From: Methylibium sp.
Lineage (GTDB): Bacteria > Pseudomonadota > Gammaproteobacteria > Burkholderiales > Burkholderiaceae_C
Length of the DNA: 64,000 nucleotides
NCBI GenBank assembly: GCA_035476815.1
Contig: DATILD010000017.1
Location: forward strand, 332 to 64,331
Direction: 5' to 3'
Shown: piece by piece, positions 20,271 through 31,170 of the stretch
Layout of the letters: the number at the start of each line of letters is the position of its first letter
Numbering within the stretch: the first letter of the stretch is position 1
Notes under the pieces: generated by a model
The model's input: only the letters and a program-made list of their open reading frames with translations
Databases searched by the model: none
Told to the model about the DNA's origin: nothing
Program-made: the position numbers and the translations under genes

Positions 20271-20508
20271 GCAAAGCCGTGTCCGGGCAGGCCGCAGCGC
20301 GCCTGCGAGGCGCCGAGAAGCGCAGGGTTTGCGGCTGCGCGCGCAGCGCGCTTCGTGAACTGACTCGTCGCGGTTGTCCGAGCGACGCGAACGAAGTGAG
20401 CAGAGCGAGTTCCGCGACGCAGCCGCAAGCCCGAGCATCGCAGGGCAGTCGGAGCGCAGCGGAGACCGCCTCGCCGAAGCGCTGCGGCCTGCCCGGACAC
20501 GGCTTTGC
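20271..20508. repeat. ~238-bp self-complementary element, copy 2, inverted relative to copy 1
   Basis: Perfect 30-bp terminal inverted repeat GCAAAGCCGTGTCCGGGCAGGCCGCAGCGC. Core AGCGCGCTTCGTGAACTGACTCGTCGCG is the exact reverse complement of the copy-1 core. Confidence 0.82.
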
Positions 20509-20532
20509 CGCTCGGATGAACAAAAGCCTTGT

Positions 20533-21982
20533 TCACAGCTTCACACACACATTCCGCAGCTCGGTATAGAACTCGAGCGAATGCACCCCGCCTTCGCGGC
20601 CGATGCCCGATTGCTTGGACCCACCAAAGGCCGTGCGCAGATCGCGCAGGAACCAGCTGTTGATCCAGGTGATGCCGACGTCGACCGCCGCCGCAACGCG
20701 GTGGGCGCGCGAGAGATCGCGGGTCCAGATCGTCGTCGACAGGCCGTAGCGGTTGGCGTTGGCCAGCGCCAGCACCTCGTCCTCGCCGTCGAAGGGGCGG
20801 ATGTGGCAGCAGGGGCCGAAGATCTCGTCGCGCACGACGGTGGCGGTCTCGGGCAGGCCGGTCCAGATGGTCGGCTGGACCCAGGCGCCTCCGGCCAGCT
20901 CGGGCGGCATCGCCGGCACGCCACCGCCGGTGACCAGGGTCGCGCCCTCCTCCACCGCCTTGGCGTAGTAGGACAGCACCTTGCGGCGGTGCTCCTGGCT
21001 GATCAGCGGGCCGTAGTTGGCACCGGGCTGGCTGGGACGGCCGTACTGGACGGCCTCGCAGCGCGGCGACGAAGCGATCGAAGATCGGCCGCTCGACGTA
21101 GACCCGCTCGGTGCCCAGGCAGACCTGGCCGGTGTTCATGAAGGCCGAGCGGAAGATGCCCTCGACCGCGGCATCGAAGTCGCAGTCGGCGAACACGATG
21201 CCGGCGTTCTTGCCGCCGAGCTCGAAGCTCACGTCGCGGATGCCGTCGGCGGCCGCCTTCATGATCGCCGCGCCGGTGCGCGTCTCGCCGGTGAAGGTGA
21301 TCGCGTCCACGCCGTCGTGGCGCGTCAGCGCCTCGCCGGCCGAGTCGGGGCCGAAACCATGCACGACGTTGTAGACGCCCTTGGGCACGCCGACCGCGTT
21401 CATCACCTCGCCAAGCAGCGCGGCCGACAGCGGCGTTTCCTCCGAGGGCTTGACGACCACGGTGTTGCCGCAGGCCAGCGCCGGGCCGACCTTCCAGGTC
21501 ATCAAGAGCAGCGGCGCGTTCCAGGGGCAGATCACGCCGATCACGCCCTTCGGTCTACGGATCGCGTAGTTCAGCGCCCCACGGCCGTCGGGCGTCTCGG
21601 TCTGGAAGGCCTCGGTCGGGACGTTCTTGACCACGTCCGCGAAGATCTTGAAGTTGGCCGCGCCGCGCGGCACGAAGGCATGCGCGATCACATGGTGGGG
21701 CTGGCCGGTGTCGGCCTCCTCGGCAGCGACGAAGTCGTCGAAGCGGCGCGTCATCTCGTCGGCCACCGCATGCAGCAGCGCGAGGCGCTTCTCGGTGCCG
21801 AGCCTGGCCCAGTCGCCGTGCAGCGCACGGCGCGCCGCGGCAACCGCCGCGTCGACCTCGGCCGCGCCGCCCTCGGCGACGCGCGCAATCACCGCGTTGT
21901 CGAGCGGCGAGCGTTTGTCGAAGCAACGGCCGTTGGCCGAGTCGGCGAACTCGCCGTCGATGAAGTGCTGAATCTGGCGCAA
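20533..21982 (-). pseudogene. dmpC: 2-hydroxymuconic semialdehyde dehydrogenase, frameshifted near 21058
   Basis: TTG start after GGGAGG. ALDH motifs PWNAPL, KPSEETP, FTGET, ELGGKN and GQVC lie in one frame; GPLIS.EH, EIFGP, GGSKQSGIGREGG and NVCVKL* lie in another. The span is 1450 nt, not a multiple of 3. Confidence 0.85.
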
Positions 21983-22007
21983 GTGCCCTCCCTTGACTGT
22001 CCGAGTC

Positions 22008-22076
22008 AGTGTAGGAATCGGCCCCGCGATGCGTCCAATACCTTTTGCCCCGGCGCTCTGATACCGGTGCGGTATC
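22008..22076 (-). promoter_or_regulatory. LysR-type (CatR/ClcR/BenM-like) regulated promoter of the meta-cleavage operon
   Basis: Palindrome G-ATAC-CGGTGCG-GTAT-C (ATAC-N7-GTAT) at 22060-22076 and a half-site ATAC at 22038. On the minus strand, TTGGAC (22038-33) and TACACT (22013-08). Confidence 0.7.
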
Positions 22077-22203
22077 AAGCCGTGGCGGCCTTGCCGCAGT
22101 CGCGCACAGGGATATCGCGGAACTCGCGGCGGCGCCCCGCGGTCCCTCAGGGTGCGGCGCGGCCCAGCGGCCGCCGACCGCATGCCTGTAAGGAGATGCG
22201 ACG

Positions 22204-22551
22204 ATGATGATGAAACCGATGACCCGGGGCCTCGCCCTGGCCGGCCTGCTGGCCGCCGCCCTCGTGCCGAACTGGTCGCGAGCCGCCGACACGACGGCGC
22301 GCGATCTCGACGACAACACGCAGCGCCAACATTCGCGCAGTGCCTCGCCGGACGCCAAGCCGGCCACGCCAACGGTGCAGCGCAAGGCCGGTCAGCCGGC
22401 CAGCATGCAGGACCGCGGCGCACCACGCGCCAGCGGCGTGCGCGACTGGGCGGCGATCGACACCAACAAGGACCACCTGATCAGCCCCAAGGAAATGGAG
22501 ACCGCGCTGGCCTTGGCGCAGGGCGAACGCGGCGCCACGTCGACGCGCTGA
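22204..22551 (+). CDS. Small secreted EF-hand protein
   Basis: AAGGAG RBS, signal peptide, EF-hand loop DTNKDHLISPKE. Confidence 0.75.
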   Translation: MMMKPMTRGLALAGLLAAALVPNWSRAADTTARDLDDNTQRQHSRSASPDAKPATPTVQRKAGQPASMQDRGAPRASGVRDWAAIDTNKDHLISPKEMETALALAQGERGATSTR

Positions 22552-22558
22552 GCGCGGT

Positions 22559-23353
22559 TCAGGCGATCGCGCGCACCACGCCACCGTCGACGCGCAGCGC
22601 CGCGCCGGTGGTGGCCGAGGCCTGCGCGCTGCAGACATAGGCGATCATCGCCGCGACCTCGTCGGGCGTCGCGAAGCGCTGGATCACCGACGAGGGCCGC
22701 GCGCTGCGGAAGAACTCGCGCTCGAAGCCCGCGGGGTCGCTGCCCTGCTCGGCGGCGAGCTTGGCGACGAAGTCGGCCACGCCCTCGGACGCGGTCGGAC
22801 CGGGCAGCACGCTGTTGACGGTGACGCCGGTGCCGGCCAGCGTTTCGGCCAGGCCGCGCGCGACCGCGAGCTGCGCGGTCTTGGTCATGCCGTAATGGAT
22901 CATCTCGGTCGGGATCTGCAGACCCGACTCGCTGGACACGAAGACGATGCGGCCCCAGTTGCGCGCGCGCATGCCCGCCACGTAGTGGCGCGCGAGGCGC
23001 ACGCCGCTGAGCACGTTGACTTCGAAGAAGCGCCGCCAATCCTCGTCGGGGATCTGCTCGAAGGGCTTGGGCTCGAAGATGCCGAGGTTGTTGACGACGA
23101 TGTCGGCCTCGGGCAGTTGCGCGACCAGCGCGTCGAAGCCCGCGGCGCTGCCGAGGTCGGCCGCAATGCCGCTGACCGTCGCGCCGGGCACGTCCGCACG
23201 CAGCCTGGCGACCGCCGCTTCGACCCCCGCCGCCGTGCGGCCGTTGAGCACCACCGCCGCGCCCTCCGCGGCCAGCGCCTTGGCCGTCGCATAGCCGATG
23301 CCCTTGGTCGAGCCGCTGACCAGCGCCCGCTTGCCCCTGATGCCGAAGTCCAT
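22559..23353 (-). CDS. SDR family oxidoreductase (YvrD-like)
   Basis: SGSTKGIG, VNNLG, YGMTK catalytic motif, NSVLPGPT, VDGG. Confidence 0.93.
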   Translation of the reverse strand: MDFGIRGKRALVSGSTKGIGYATAKALAAEGAAVVLNGRTAAGVEAAVARLRADVPGATVSGIAADLGSAAGFDALVAQLPEADIVVNNLGIFEPKPFEQIPDEDWRRFFEVNVLSGVRLARHYVAGMRARNWGRIVFVSSESGLQIPTEMIHYGMTKTAQLAVARGLAETLAGTGVTVNSVLPGPTASEGVADFVAKLAAEQGSDPAGFEREFFRSARPSSVIQRFATPDEVAAMIAYVCSAQASATTGAALRVDGGVVRAIA

Positions 23354-23424
23354 CGCGCCTGCTCCTGATTGATGACCCGCCGCAGTGTCGCGGAGGGCCG
23401 CCGGCCCCGGCCGGCGCAGGGGCT

Positions 23425-25551
<2,127 letters not shown>

Positions 25552-25646
25552 GGTCAGGCTCGGTAGAATCGGGGTTATCCCTTGGGCAATCCGGCAGCGT
25601 AACGGATTTGCACGGCCCCCTCCATCCACTCTGACCAAGAGCCTCC

Positions 25647-26840
25647 ATGTCCGCCCTGTTTGCCGCCGTCGAGATGGCGCCCCGCGACCCGATCCTGGGC
25701 CTGAACGAGCAGTTCAACGCCGACCCGAACCCGAACAAGGTCGACCTCGGCGTCGGCGTCTACTACGACGAGAACGGCAAGCTGCCGCTGCTGAAATGCG
25801 TGGCCGCGGCCGAGGCGCAGATGGCCGCGAAGCCGATCGCGCGCGGCTACCTGCCGATCGACGGCATCCCGGCCTATGACAAGGCGGTGCAGACGCTGGT
25901 GTTCGGCGAGGCCGCCGCCGCGAGCGGCCGCATCGCCACCGTGCAGGGCATCGGCGGCACCGGCGGCCTGAAGGTCGGCGCCGATTTCCTCAAGCGCCTG
26001 AGCCCGAACGCCCAGGTGCTGATCAGCGACCCGAGCTGGGAGAACCACCGCGCGCTGTTCACCAACGCCGGCTTCAGCGTCGGCAGCTACCCGTATTACG
26101 ACGCCGCCCGGCGCGGCGTCGACATCGACGGCCTGCTGAGCGCGCTGAACGCGGCCGCGGCCGGGACCATCGTCGTGCTGCACGCCTGCTGCCACAACCC
26201 GACCGGCTACGACCTGAGCCCGGCGCAGTGGGCGCAGGTGATCGCCGCCGTGAAGGCGCGCCAGCTGACCCCCTTCCTCGACATGGCCTACCAGGGCTTC
26301 GGCCAGGGCATCGCCGAGGACGGTGCGGTGGTGCAGGCCTTCCTGGCCTCGGGCCTGGACTTCTTCGTCTCGACCAGCTTCTCGAAGAGCTTCTCGCTCT
26401 ACGGCGAGCGCGTCGGCGCGCTGAGCGTGGTGTGCGCGACCAAGGACGAGGCGGTGCGGGTGCTGAGCCAGCTCAAGATCGTGATCCGCACCAACTACTC
26501 CAACCCGCCGACGCATGGCGCCTCGGTCGTCGCCCATGTGCTGACGACCCCGGCGCTGCGCGCCCAGTGGGAGGAGGAGCTGGCCGGCATGCGCCAGCGC
26601 ATCAAGGCGATGCGCGTCGCGCTGGTCGCCAAGCTGCAGGCCGCCGGCGTGCCGGGCGACCTGAGCTACATCACGACCCAGCAGGGCATGTTCAGCTACT
26701 CCGGGCTGAACGCCGCCCAGATGCAGCGGCTGCGCAGCGAATTCGGCGTCTACGGCGTCGATTCGGGCCGCATCTGCGTCGCGGCGCTGAACGAGAAGAA
26801 CCTTGACGCCGTCGCCAAGGCCATCGCCGCGGTGCTCTGA
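25647..26840 (+). CDS. tyrB: Aromatic-amino-acid / aspartate aminotransferase
   Basis: [48 protein letters not shown]. Confidence 0.93.
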   Translation: MSALFAAVEMAPRDPILGLNEQFNADPNPNKVDLGVGVYYDENGKLPLLKCVAAAEAQMAAKPIARGYLPIDGIPAYDKAVQTLVFGEAAAASGRIATVQGIGGTGGLKVGADFLKRLSPNAQVLISDPSWENHRALFTNAGFSVGSYPYYDAARRGVDIDGLLSALNAAAAGTIVVLHACCHNPTGYDLSPAQWAQVIAAVKARQLTPFLDMAYQGFGQGIAEDGAVVQAFLASGLDFFVSTSFSKSFSLYGERVGALSVVCATKDEAVRVLSQLKIVIRTNYSNPPTHGASVVAHVLTTPALRAQWEEELAGMRQRIKAMRVALVAKLQAAGVPGDLSYITTQQGMFSYSGLNAAQMQRLRSEFGVYGVDSGRICVAALNEKNLDAVAKAIAAVL

Positions 26841-26851
26841 CGCCTCCGATC

Positions 26852-26893
26852 AACGGCCCGCCGGTCCCACCGGCGGGCCGTTTGCATTTCTTT
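26852..26893 (+). terminator. Rho-independent terminator after tyrB
   Basis: AACGGCCCGCCGG-TCCCA-CCGGCGGGCCGTT stem followed by TGCATTTCTTT. Confidence 0.75.
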
Positions 26894-26979
26894 GCAGTGA
26901 ATGGGCCCGGCGGATTGCACCGCCCGGCTGGTTCGCGCGTTATGGAGCAACAGGCCGCTGCGCGGCCCGAGGTGACTTC

Positions 26980-28959
26980 ATGCACGACCGCCAGACCCCA
27001 CCCGCTCCGCCGCCCACCGACCGGCCCCGTCGCTGCGGGCGTGTCCGCGGCCTGCTGCTGGCCCTGGTGCCGGCGCTGCTCCTGGCCCTGCCGGTGCGGG
27101 CCGAAATCGACATGGACGCGGCGCAGGACCCGCCGGCGCGCGTCGGTCGCGTCAGCGTGCTGCGCGGCCAGGTCGATGCCTCGACCGAGCCGGGCGCCGC
27201 CTGGCAGCCGGCCCGCGTCAACCAGCCGGTCACCACCCAGACCGCATTCTGGGTGCCGCCGGGCAGCCAGGCCGAGTTGCGCATCGGCAGTGCGGCGGTA
27301 CGGATGGACGGCAACACCCAGGCGGTGTTCTCCCAGCTCGACGACCATGGCATTGCGATCGACGTCGCCCAGGGCACGGTGCGGGCGCGCGTGCGCAACC
27401 TGCCGGCCGGCGACGCCTTCAGCCTGAGCGCCGACGGCGTGCGCGCCGACGCGCTGATGCCGGGCGACTACCGTGTCGCCTACGACCCCGACCTGCGCCG
27501 CTACACCGTCCGCGCGCTGTCCGGCCGGCTGCGCGTCGTGACGCCGACCAACAGCGTGAACCTCGAGGCCGGTCAGGAAAGCCTGGTCGAGCGCGGCGGC
27601 GGCGCGCTGCAGCTGCGCGCGATCGGCCCGCGCGACGACTTCGACCTCTGGGCCGAGGCGCGCGACCGCGAGCACGACCGCCTGATCGCGAGCCGCTATG
27701 TCTCGCCCGAGACCACCGGCATCGAGGAACTCGACGAGCATGGCCGCTGGGAGGTGGACGACGGCTACGGCGCCGTCTGGTATCCGGCGGCCGTGCCCTA
27801 CGGCTGGGCGCCCTACCGCTACGGCCGCTGGGCCTGGGTCGCGCCCTGGGGCTGGACCTGGGTCGACGACAGCGCCTGGGGCTTCGCGCCCTTCCACTAT
27901 GGGCGCTGGGCATTGGTGGGCCACCGCTGGGGCTGGGTGCCAGGGCCGATCGTCGCGCGGCCCGTTTGGGCACCAGCGCTGGTGGGCTGGGTCGGCGGCC
28001 ACTCGGGCAACATCAGCTGGAGCATCGGCATCGGCGCGCCGATCGGCTGGTTCCCGCTGGCGCCCTACGAGTTCTACTACCCGACCTACCGGCACAGCGT
28101 CATCTACATCGACCGCGTCAACATCGTGCGCGATCGCGTGCCCTACGACCCGCAGCGCAGCGGCCTGCAACGGCCGCGCGAACGGGACCCGCAGCGCGCC
28201 GGCGGCGATCCCCAGCGCGACCCGCAGCGCTATCGCTACGCGCAGCACCGCGACGCGCTGACGGTGGTCCGGGAGGACGCCTTCCGCAACGCGCGGCCGG
28301 TCGCCCGCGAGCGCATCGCGCTCGACCCGCAGCAGGTGGCGTCGCTGCGACCGATCGTGCGGCAGTCGCCAGAGGTCGGCGGCGTCGCGCCGGGGCGTGG
28401 CGTTCGCGTGGCGCCCGGTCAGCCGCGCGCGCCCGTCGAGGCGCTGCCACCACCACCGGTCCCGCGTGCGGCAGACCCTCAGGCGGCGGGTCGCCCCGTC
28501 CCGGAGCGCGGCCGTGGCCGCGGCGATGACTTCCTCCGCCGTCCCGCGCCTGCGCAGCAGCGGTCCGAGGTCGAGCCTGCGACACCGCAACCGCCGCGCG
28601 ACGCCCAGCGGCGTGGGCCGGACGCCGTGGCCCCGCCGGAGCGCCCGCCGCGCGGGCGCCCGCCAGCGGCGAACCCGCGCCAAGACCAGGGGCAGGAGCT
28701 GCGGCCGTCTTCCCGCCAGGAACGGCAGGAGCCCCGCGGACGCAGGGACCGCCAGGAACTGGCGGAACGCGACGCGATGCGCACGCCTTGGGTCGCCGAG
28801 CCCCGCGGCGTCGCCCCCGCCCCGGCGCAGCCGCGGCCGCAGTGGGCGCCGCCACCGCAGGCCCAACCGGAGCAGGCCCGCCCCCAGCGACAGGAGCGAC
28901 AGGATCAGCAGGAACGGCGCCACGACCGCCAGGGCGGCGGCCCTTGGGGCGATCGCTAG
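26980..28959 (+). CDS. DUF6600 / FecR-like exported protein with low-complexity Pro/Arg/Gln tail
   Basis: Signal peptide; DPPARVGR; GWAPYRYGRWAWVAPWGWTWVDD.AWGFAPFHYGRW...W.PALV...GWFPLAP. Confidence 0.85.
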   Translation: MHDRQTPPAPPPTDRPRRCGRVRGLLLALVPALLLALPVRAEIDMDAAQDPPARVGRVSVLRGQVDASTEPGAAWQPARVNQPVTTQTAFWVPPGSQAELRIGSAAVRMDGNTQAVFSQLDDHGIAIDVAQGTVRARVRNLPAGDAFSLSADGVRADALMPGDYRVAYDPDLRRYTVRALSGRLRVVTPTNSVNLEAGQESLVERGGGALQLRAIGPRDDFDLWAEARDREHDRLIASRYVSPETTGIEELDEHGRWEVDDGYGAVWYPAAVPYGWAPYRYGRWAWVAPWGWTWVDDSAWGFAPFHYGRWALVGHRWGWVPGPIVARPVWAPALVGWVGGHSGNISWSIGIGAPIGWFPLAPYEFYYPTYRHSVIYIDRVNIVRDRVPYDPQRSGLQRPRERDPQRAGGDPQRDPQRYRYAQHRDALTVVREDAFRNARPVARERIALDPQQVASLRPIVRQSPEVGGVAPGRGVRVAPGQPRAPVEALPPPPVPRAADPQAAGRPVPERGRGRGDDFLRRPAPAQQRSEVEPATPQPPRDAQRRGPDAVAPPERPPRGRPPAANPRQDQGQELRPSSRQERQEPRGRRDRQELAERDAMRTPWVAEPRGVAPAPAQPRPQWAPPPQAQPEQARPQRQERQDQQERRHDRQGGGPWGDR

Positions 28960-29232
28960 GCGCGGCGCCACGGCGAGCGCTGAGCGGAGCGGTCGCCGGC
29001 CGCGCCATGTCGCGCGCCCCGAAACCGCTCAAATGGCGCCCCGCGGGAGTGCTCGCCGCTGCCTGGCCATGGTGCGCACGCGGCACGGTAGGGGAACATC
29101 GGCCAAGGCGCGTCCGGCTTCTACAATGTGGCGACGCAGCAGATGCATCGGGAAGGTGCACGGCGGGCCGCTCACGCGAGCCGCGGGCGCCCGGGGACCA
29201 TCAGCCACAGACGAATTCCGAGGGACTTGCCC

Positions 29233-30474
29233 ATGCTTTATCAGCTCTATGAGACCCAGCGTGCGCTGCTGAGCCCGTTCGCCGAGTTCGCCACGGCCTC
29301 GGCCAAGCTCTACAGCCACCCCTTGTCGCCGTTCGCTCAGGCGCCGGGGGCACAGCGCATCTCGGCCGGCTTCGACTTGGTGCACCGGCTGACCAAGGAG
29401 TACGAAAAGCCCGCGTTCGGCATCACCAACATCACCGTCGGCGGCATCGACGTGGTGGTGCAGCAGCAGACGGCGATCGAGAAGCCGTTCTGCCGGCTGC
29501 TGCGCTTCAAGCGCTTCACCGACGACGCCAAGCAGCTGACCAAGATGCGCGACCAGCCCAGCGTGCTGGTGGTGGCACCGCTGTCGGGCCACCATTCGAC
29601 GCTGCTGCGCGACACCGTGCGCACGCTGCTGCAGGACCACAAGGTCTACATCACCGACTGGATCGACGCGCGCATGGTGCCGGCCGACGTCGGCCCCTTC
29701 CACCTCGACGACTACGTGCGCTACGTGCAGGAGTTCATCCGCCATGTCGGTACCGAGGTCAACGTGATCTCGGTGTGCCAGCCGACGGTGCCGGTGCTCG
29801 CCGCGGTGTCGCTGATGGCCAGCGCCGGCGAGAAGACGCCGCGCACGATGACGATGATGGGCGGCCCGATCGACGCGCGCCGCTCGCCGACCGCGGTCAA
29901 CAACCTCGCGATGAACAAGAGCATCGAGTGGTTCGAGAACAACGTGATCTACCGCGTGCCGCCGAACTACCCGGGCGCGGGCCGGCCGGTCTACCCTGGG
30001 TTCCTGCAGCACACCGGCTTCGTCGCGATGAACCCGGACCGCCATCTCACCTCGCACTACGACTACTTCGCCGACCTGATCCGCGGCGACGACGACAGCG
30101 TCGAGTCGCACCGCCAGTTCTACGACGAGTACAACGCGGTGCTGGACCTGCCGGCCGAGTACTACCTCGACACGATCCACACGGTGTTCCAGGACTTCGC
30201 GCTGGTCAACGGCACCTGGAGGGTCGGCGGCGAGCCGGTGCGGCCGCAGGACATCAAGACGACGGCGCTGCTGACCGTCGAGGGCGAGCTCGACGACATC
30301 TCCGGCGCCGGCCAGACCGCCGCCGCGCTGGAGCTGTGCACGGGCATCCCGAAGTCGCGCAAGCGCCACTACGACGTGGTCGGCGCCGGGCACTACGGCA
30401 TCTTCTCGGGCCGCCGCTGGCGCGAGATGGCCTACCCGGAGATCCAGCAGTTCATCGCCAAGCACCAGAAGTGA
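29233..30474 (+). CDS. phaZ: Intracellular PHB depolymerase
   Basis: [28 protein letters not shown] (catalytic Cys), [22 protein letters not shown]. Confidence 0.95.
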   Translation: MLYQLYETQRALLSPFAEFATASAKLYSHPLSPFAQAPGAQRISAGFDLVHRLTKEYEKPAFGITNITVGGIDVVVQQQTAIEKPFCRLLRFKRFTDDAKQLTKMRDQPSVLVVAPLSGHHSTLLRDTVRTLLQDHKVYITDWIDARMVPADVGPFHLDDYVRYVQEFIRHVGTEVNVISVCQPTVPVLAAVSLMASAGEKTPRTMTMMGGPIDARRSPTAVNNLAMNKSIEWFENNVIYRVPPNYPGAGRPVYPGFLQHTGFVAMNPDRHLTSHYDYFADLIRGDDDSVESHRQFYDEYNAVLDLPAEYYLDTIHTVFQDFALVNGTWRVGGEPVRPQDIKTTALLTVEGELDDISGAGQTAAALELCTGIPKSRKRHYDVVGAGHYGIFSGRRWREMAYPEIQQFIAKHQK

Positions 30475-31109
30475 ACGCCGTGCGGCCGGTGGCCGTCGAG
30501 GCGATCGACGCGCTGCTGCCGCAGACGCAGTGCACGCGCTGCGGCTACCCGGATTGCCTCGGCTATGCCGAGGCGATCGCAACCGGCGCGGCCGACATCG
30601 ACCGCTGCCCGCCCGGCGGCGCCGAGGGCATCGCGCGGCTCGCGGCGTTGACCGGGCTGGCGCCGAGGCCGCTGAATCCCGATTGCGGCCACGAAGGGCC
30701 GCGGCGCCTCGCAGTCATCGACGAGGCTGCCTGCATCGGCTGCACCCGCTGCATCGAGGCCTGCCCGGTGGACTGCATCGTCGGCGCCGCCAAGCGCATG
30801 CACAGCGTGATCGAGCCGCTGTGCACCGGCTGCGAGCTGTGCCTGCCCGCCTGCCCGGTGGACTGCATCGCGCTCGAGGACGCGACGCCGGGCCAGAGCG
30901 GCTGGGCCGCCTGGTCGCCGGCGCAGGCCGACGAGGCGCGGGCACGCTACCGCGAGCGCCAGGCACGGCGCGAGCGGGACCGCGACGAGCAGACCGCCCG
31001 GCTCGCGGCGCGCAGCGTCGCCGCCACCGCCCCGCCCGACGCCGACGCGGCGCGACAGGCGGTGATCGCCGCGGCGCTGGCCCGCGCCCGCGCGCAGCGC
31101 GGCGGCTGA
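30471..31109 (+). CDS. rnfB: RnfB/RsxB-like ferredoxin (orphan electron-transport subunit B)
   Basis: [43 protein letters not shown]. Confidence 0.88.
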   Translation: MNAVRPVAVEAIDALLPQTQCTRCGYPDCLGYAEAIATGAADIDRCPPGGAEGIARLAALTGLAPRPLNPDCGHEGPRRLAVIDEAACIGCTRCIEACPVDCIVGAAKRMHSVIEPLCTGCELCLPACPVDCIALEDATPGQSGWAAWSPAQADEARARYRERQARRERDRDEQTARLAARSVAATAPPDADAARQAVIAAALARARAQRGG

Positions 31110-31124
31110 GATCGAGCCCCAATG

Positions 31125-31154
31125 AAAACGGGGCCGGGCTCGCGCCCGGCCCCG
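31125..31154 (-). terminator. Rho-independent terminator of the S8 peptidase gene (possibly bidirectional)
   Basis: AAAA-CGGGGCCGGGC-TCGC-GCCCGGCCCCG between convergent genes. Confidence 0.75.
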
Positions 31155-31170
31155 CCTGTGCTTCAACGAC

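Noticed and set aside
20012-20508. Possible CRISPR array or protein-coding gene between dmpC and dmpE
   Set aside because: Only two inverted units, no direct repeat-spacer periodicity and no cas genes. The ORFs here are translations of the repeat.
21050-21065. Programmed ribosomal frameshift in dmpC
   Set aside because: No slippery heptamer, and residues appear to be missing, which fits a deletion better.
25552-25646. SOS box upstream of uvrB (also checked upstream of dinB)
   Set aside because: No CTGT-N8-ACAG found at either site.
29126-29141. PhaR-like operator ATGTGGCGACGCAGCA upstream of phaZ
   Set aside because: Plausible, but the consensus is too degenerate to support from sequence alone.
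30471-31109. Complete Rnf complex
   Set aside because: Only the B-like ferredoxin is present; no rnfACDEG.
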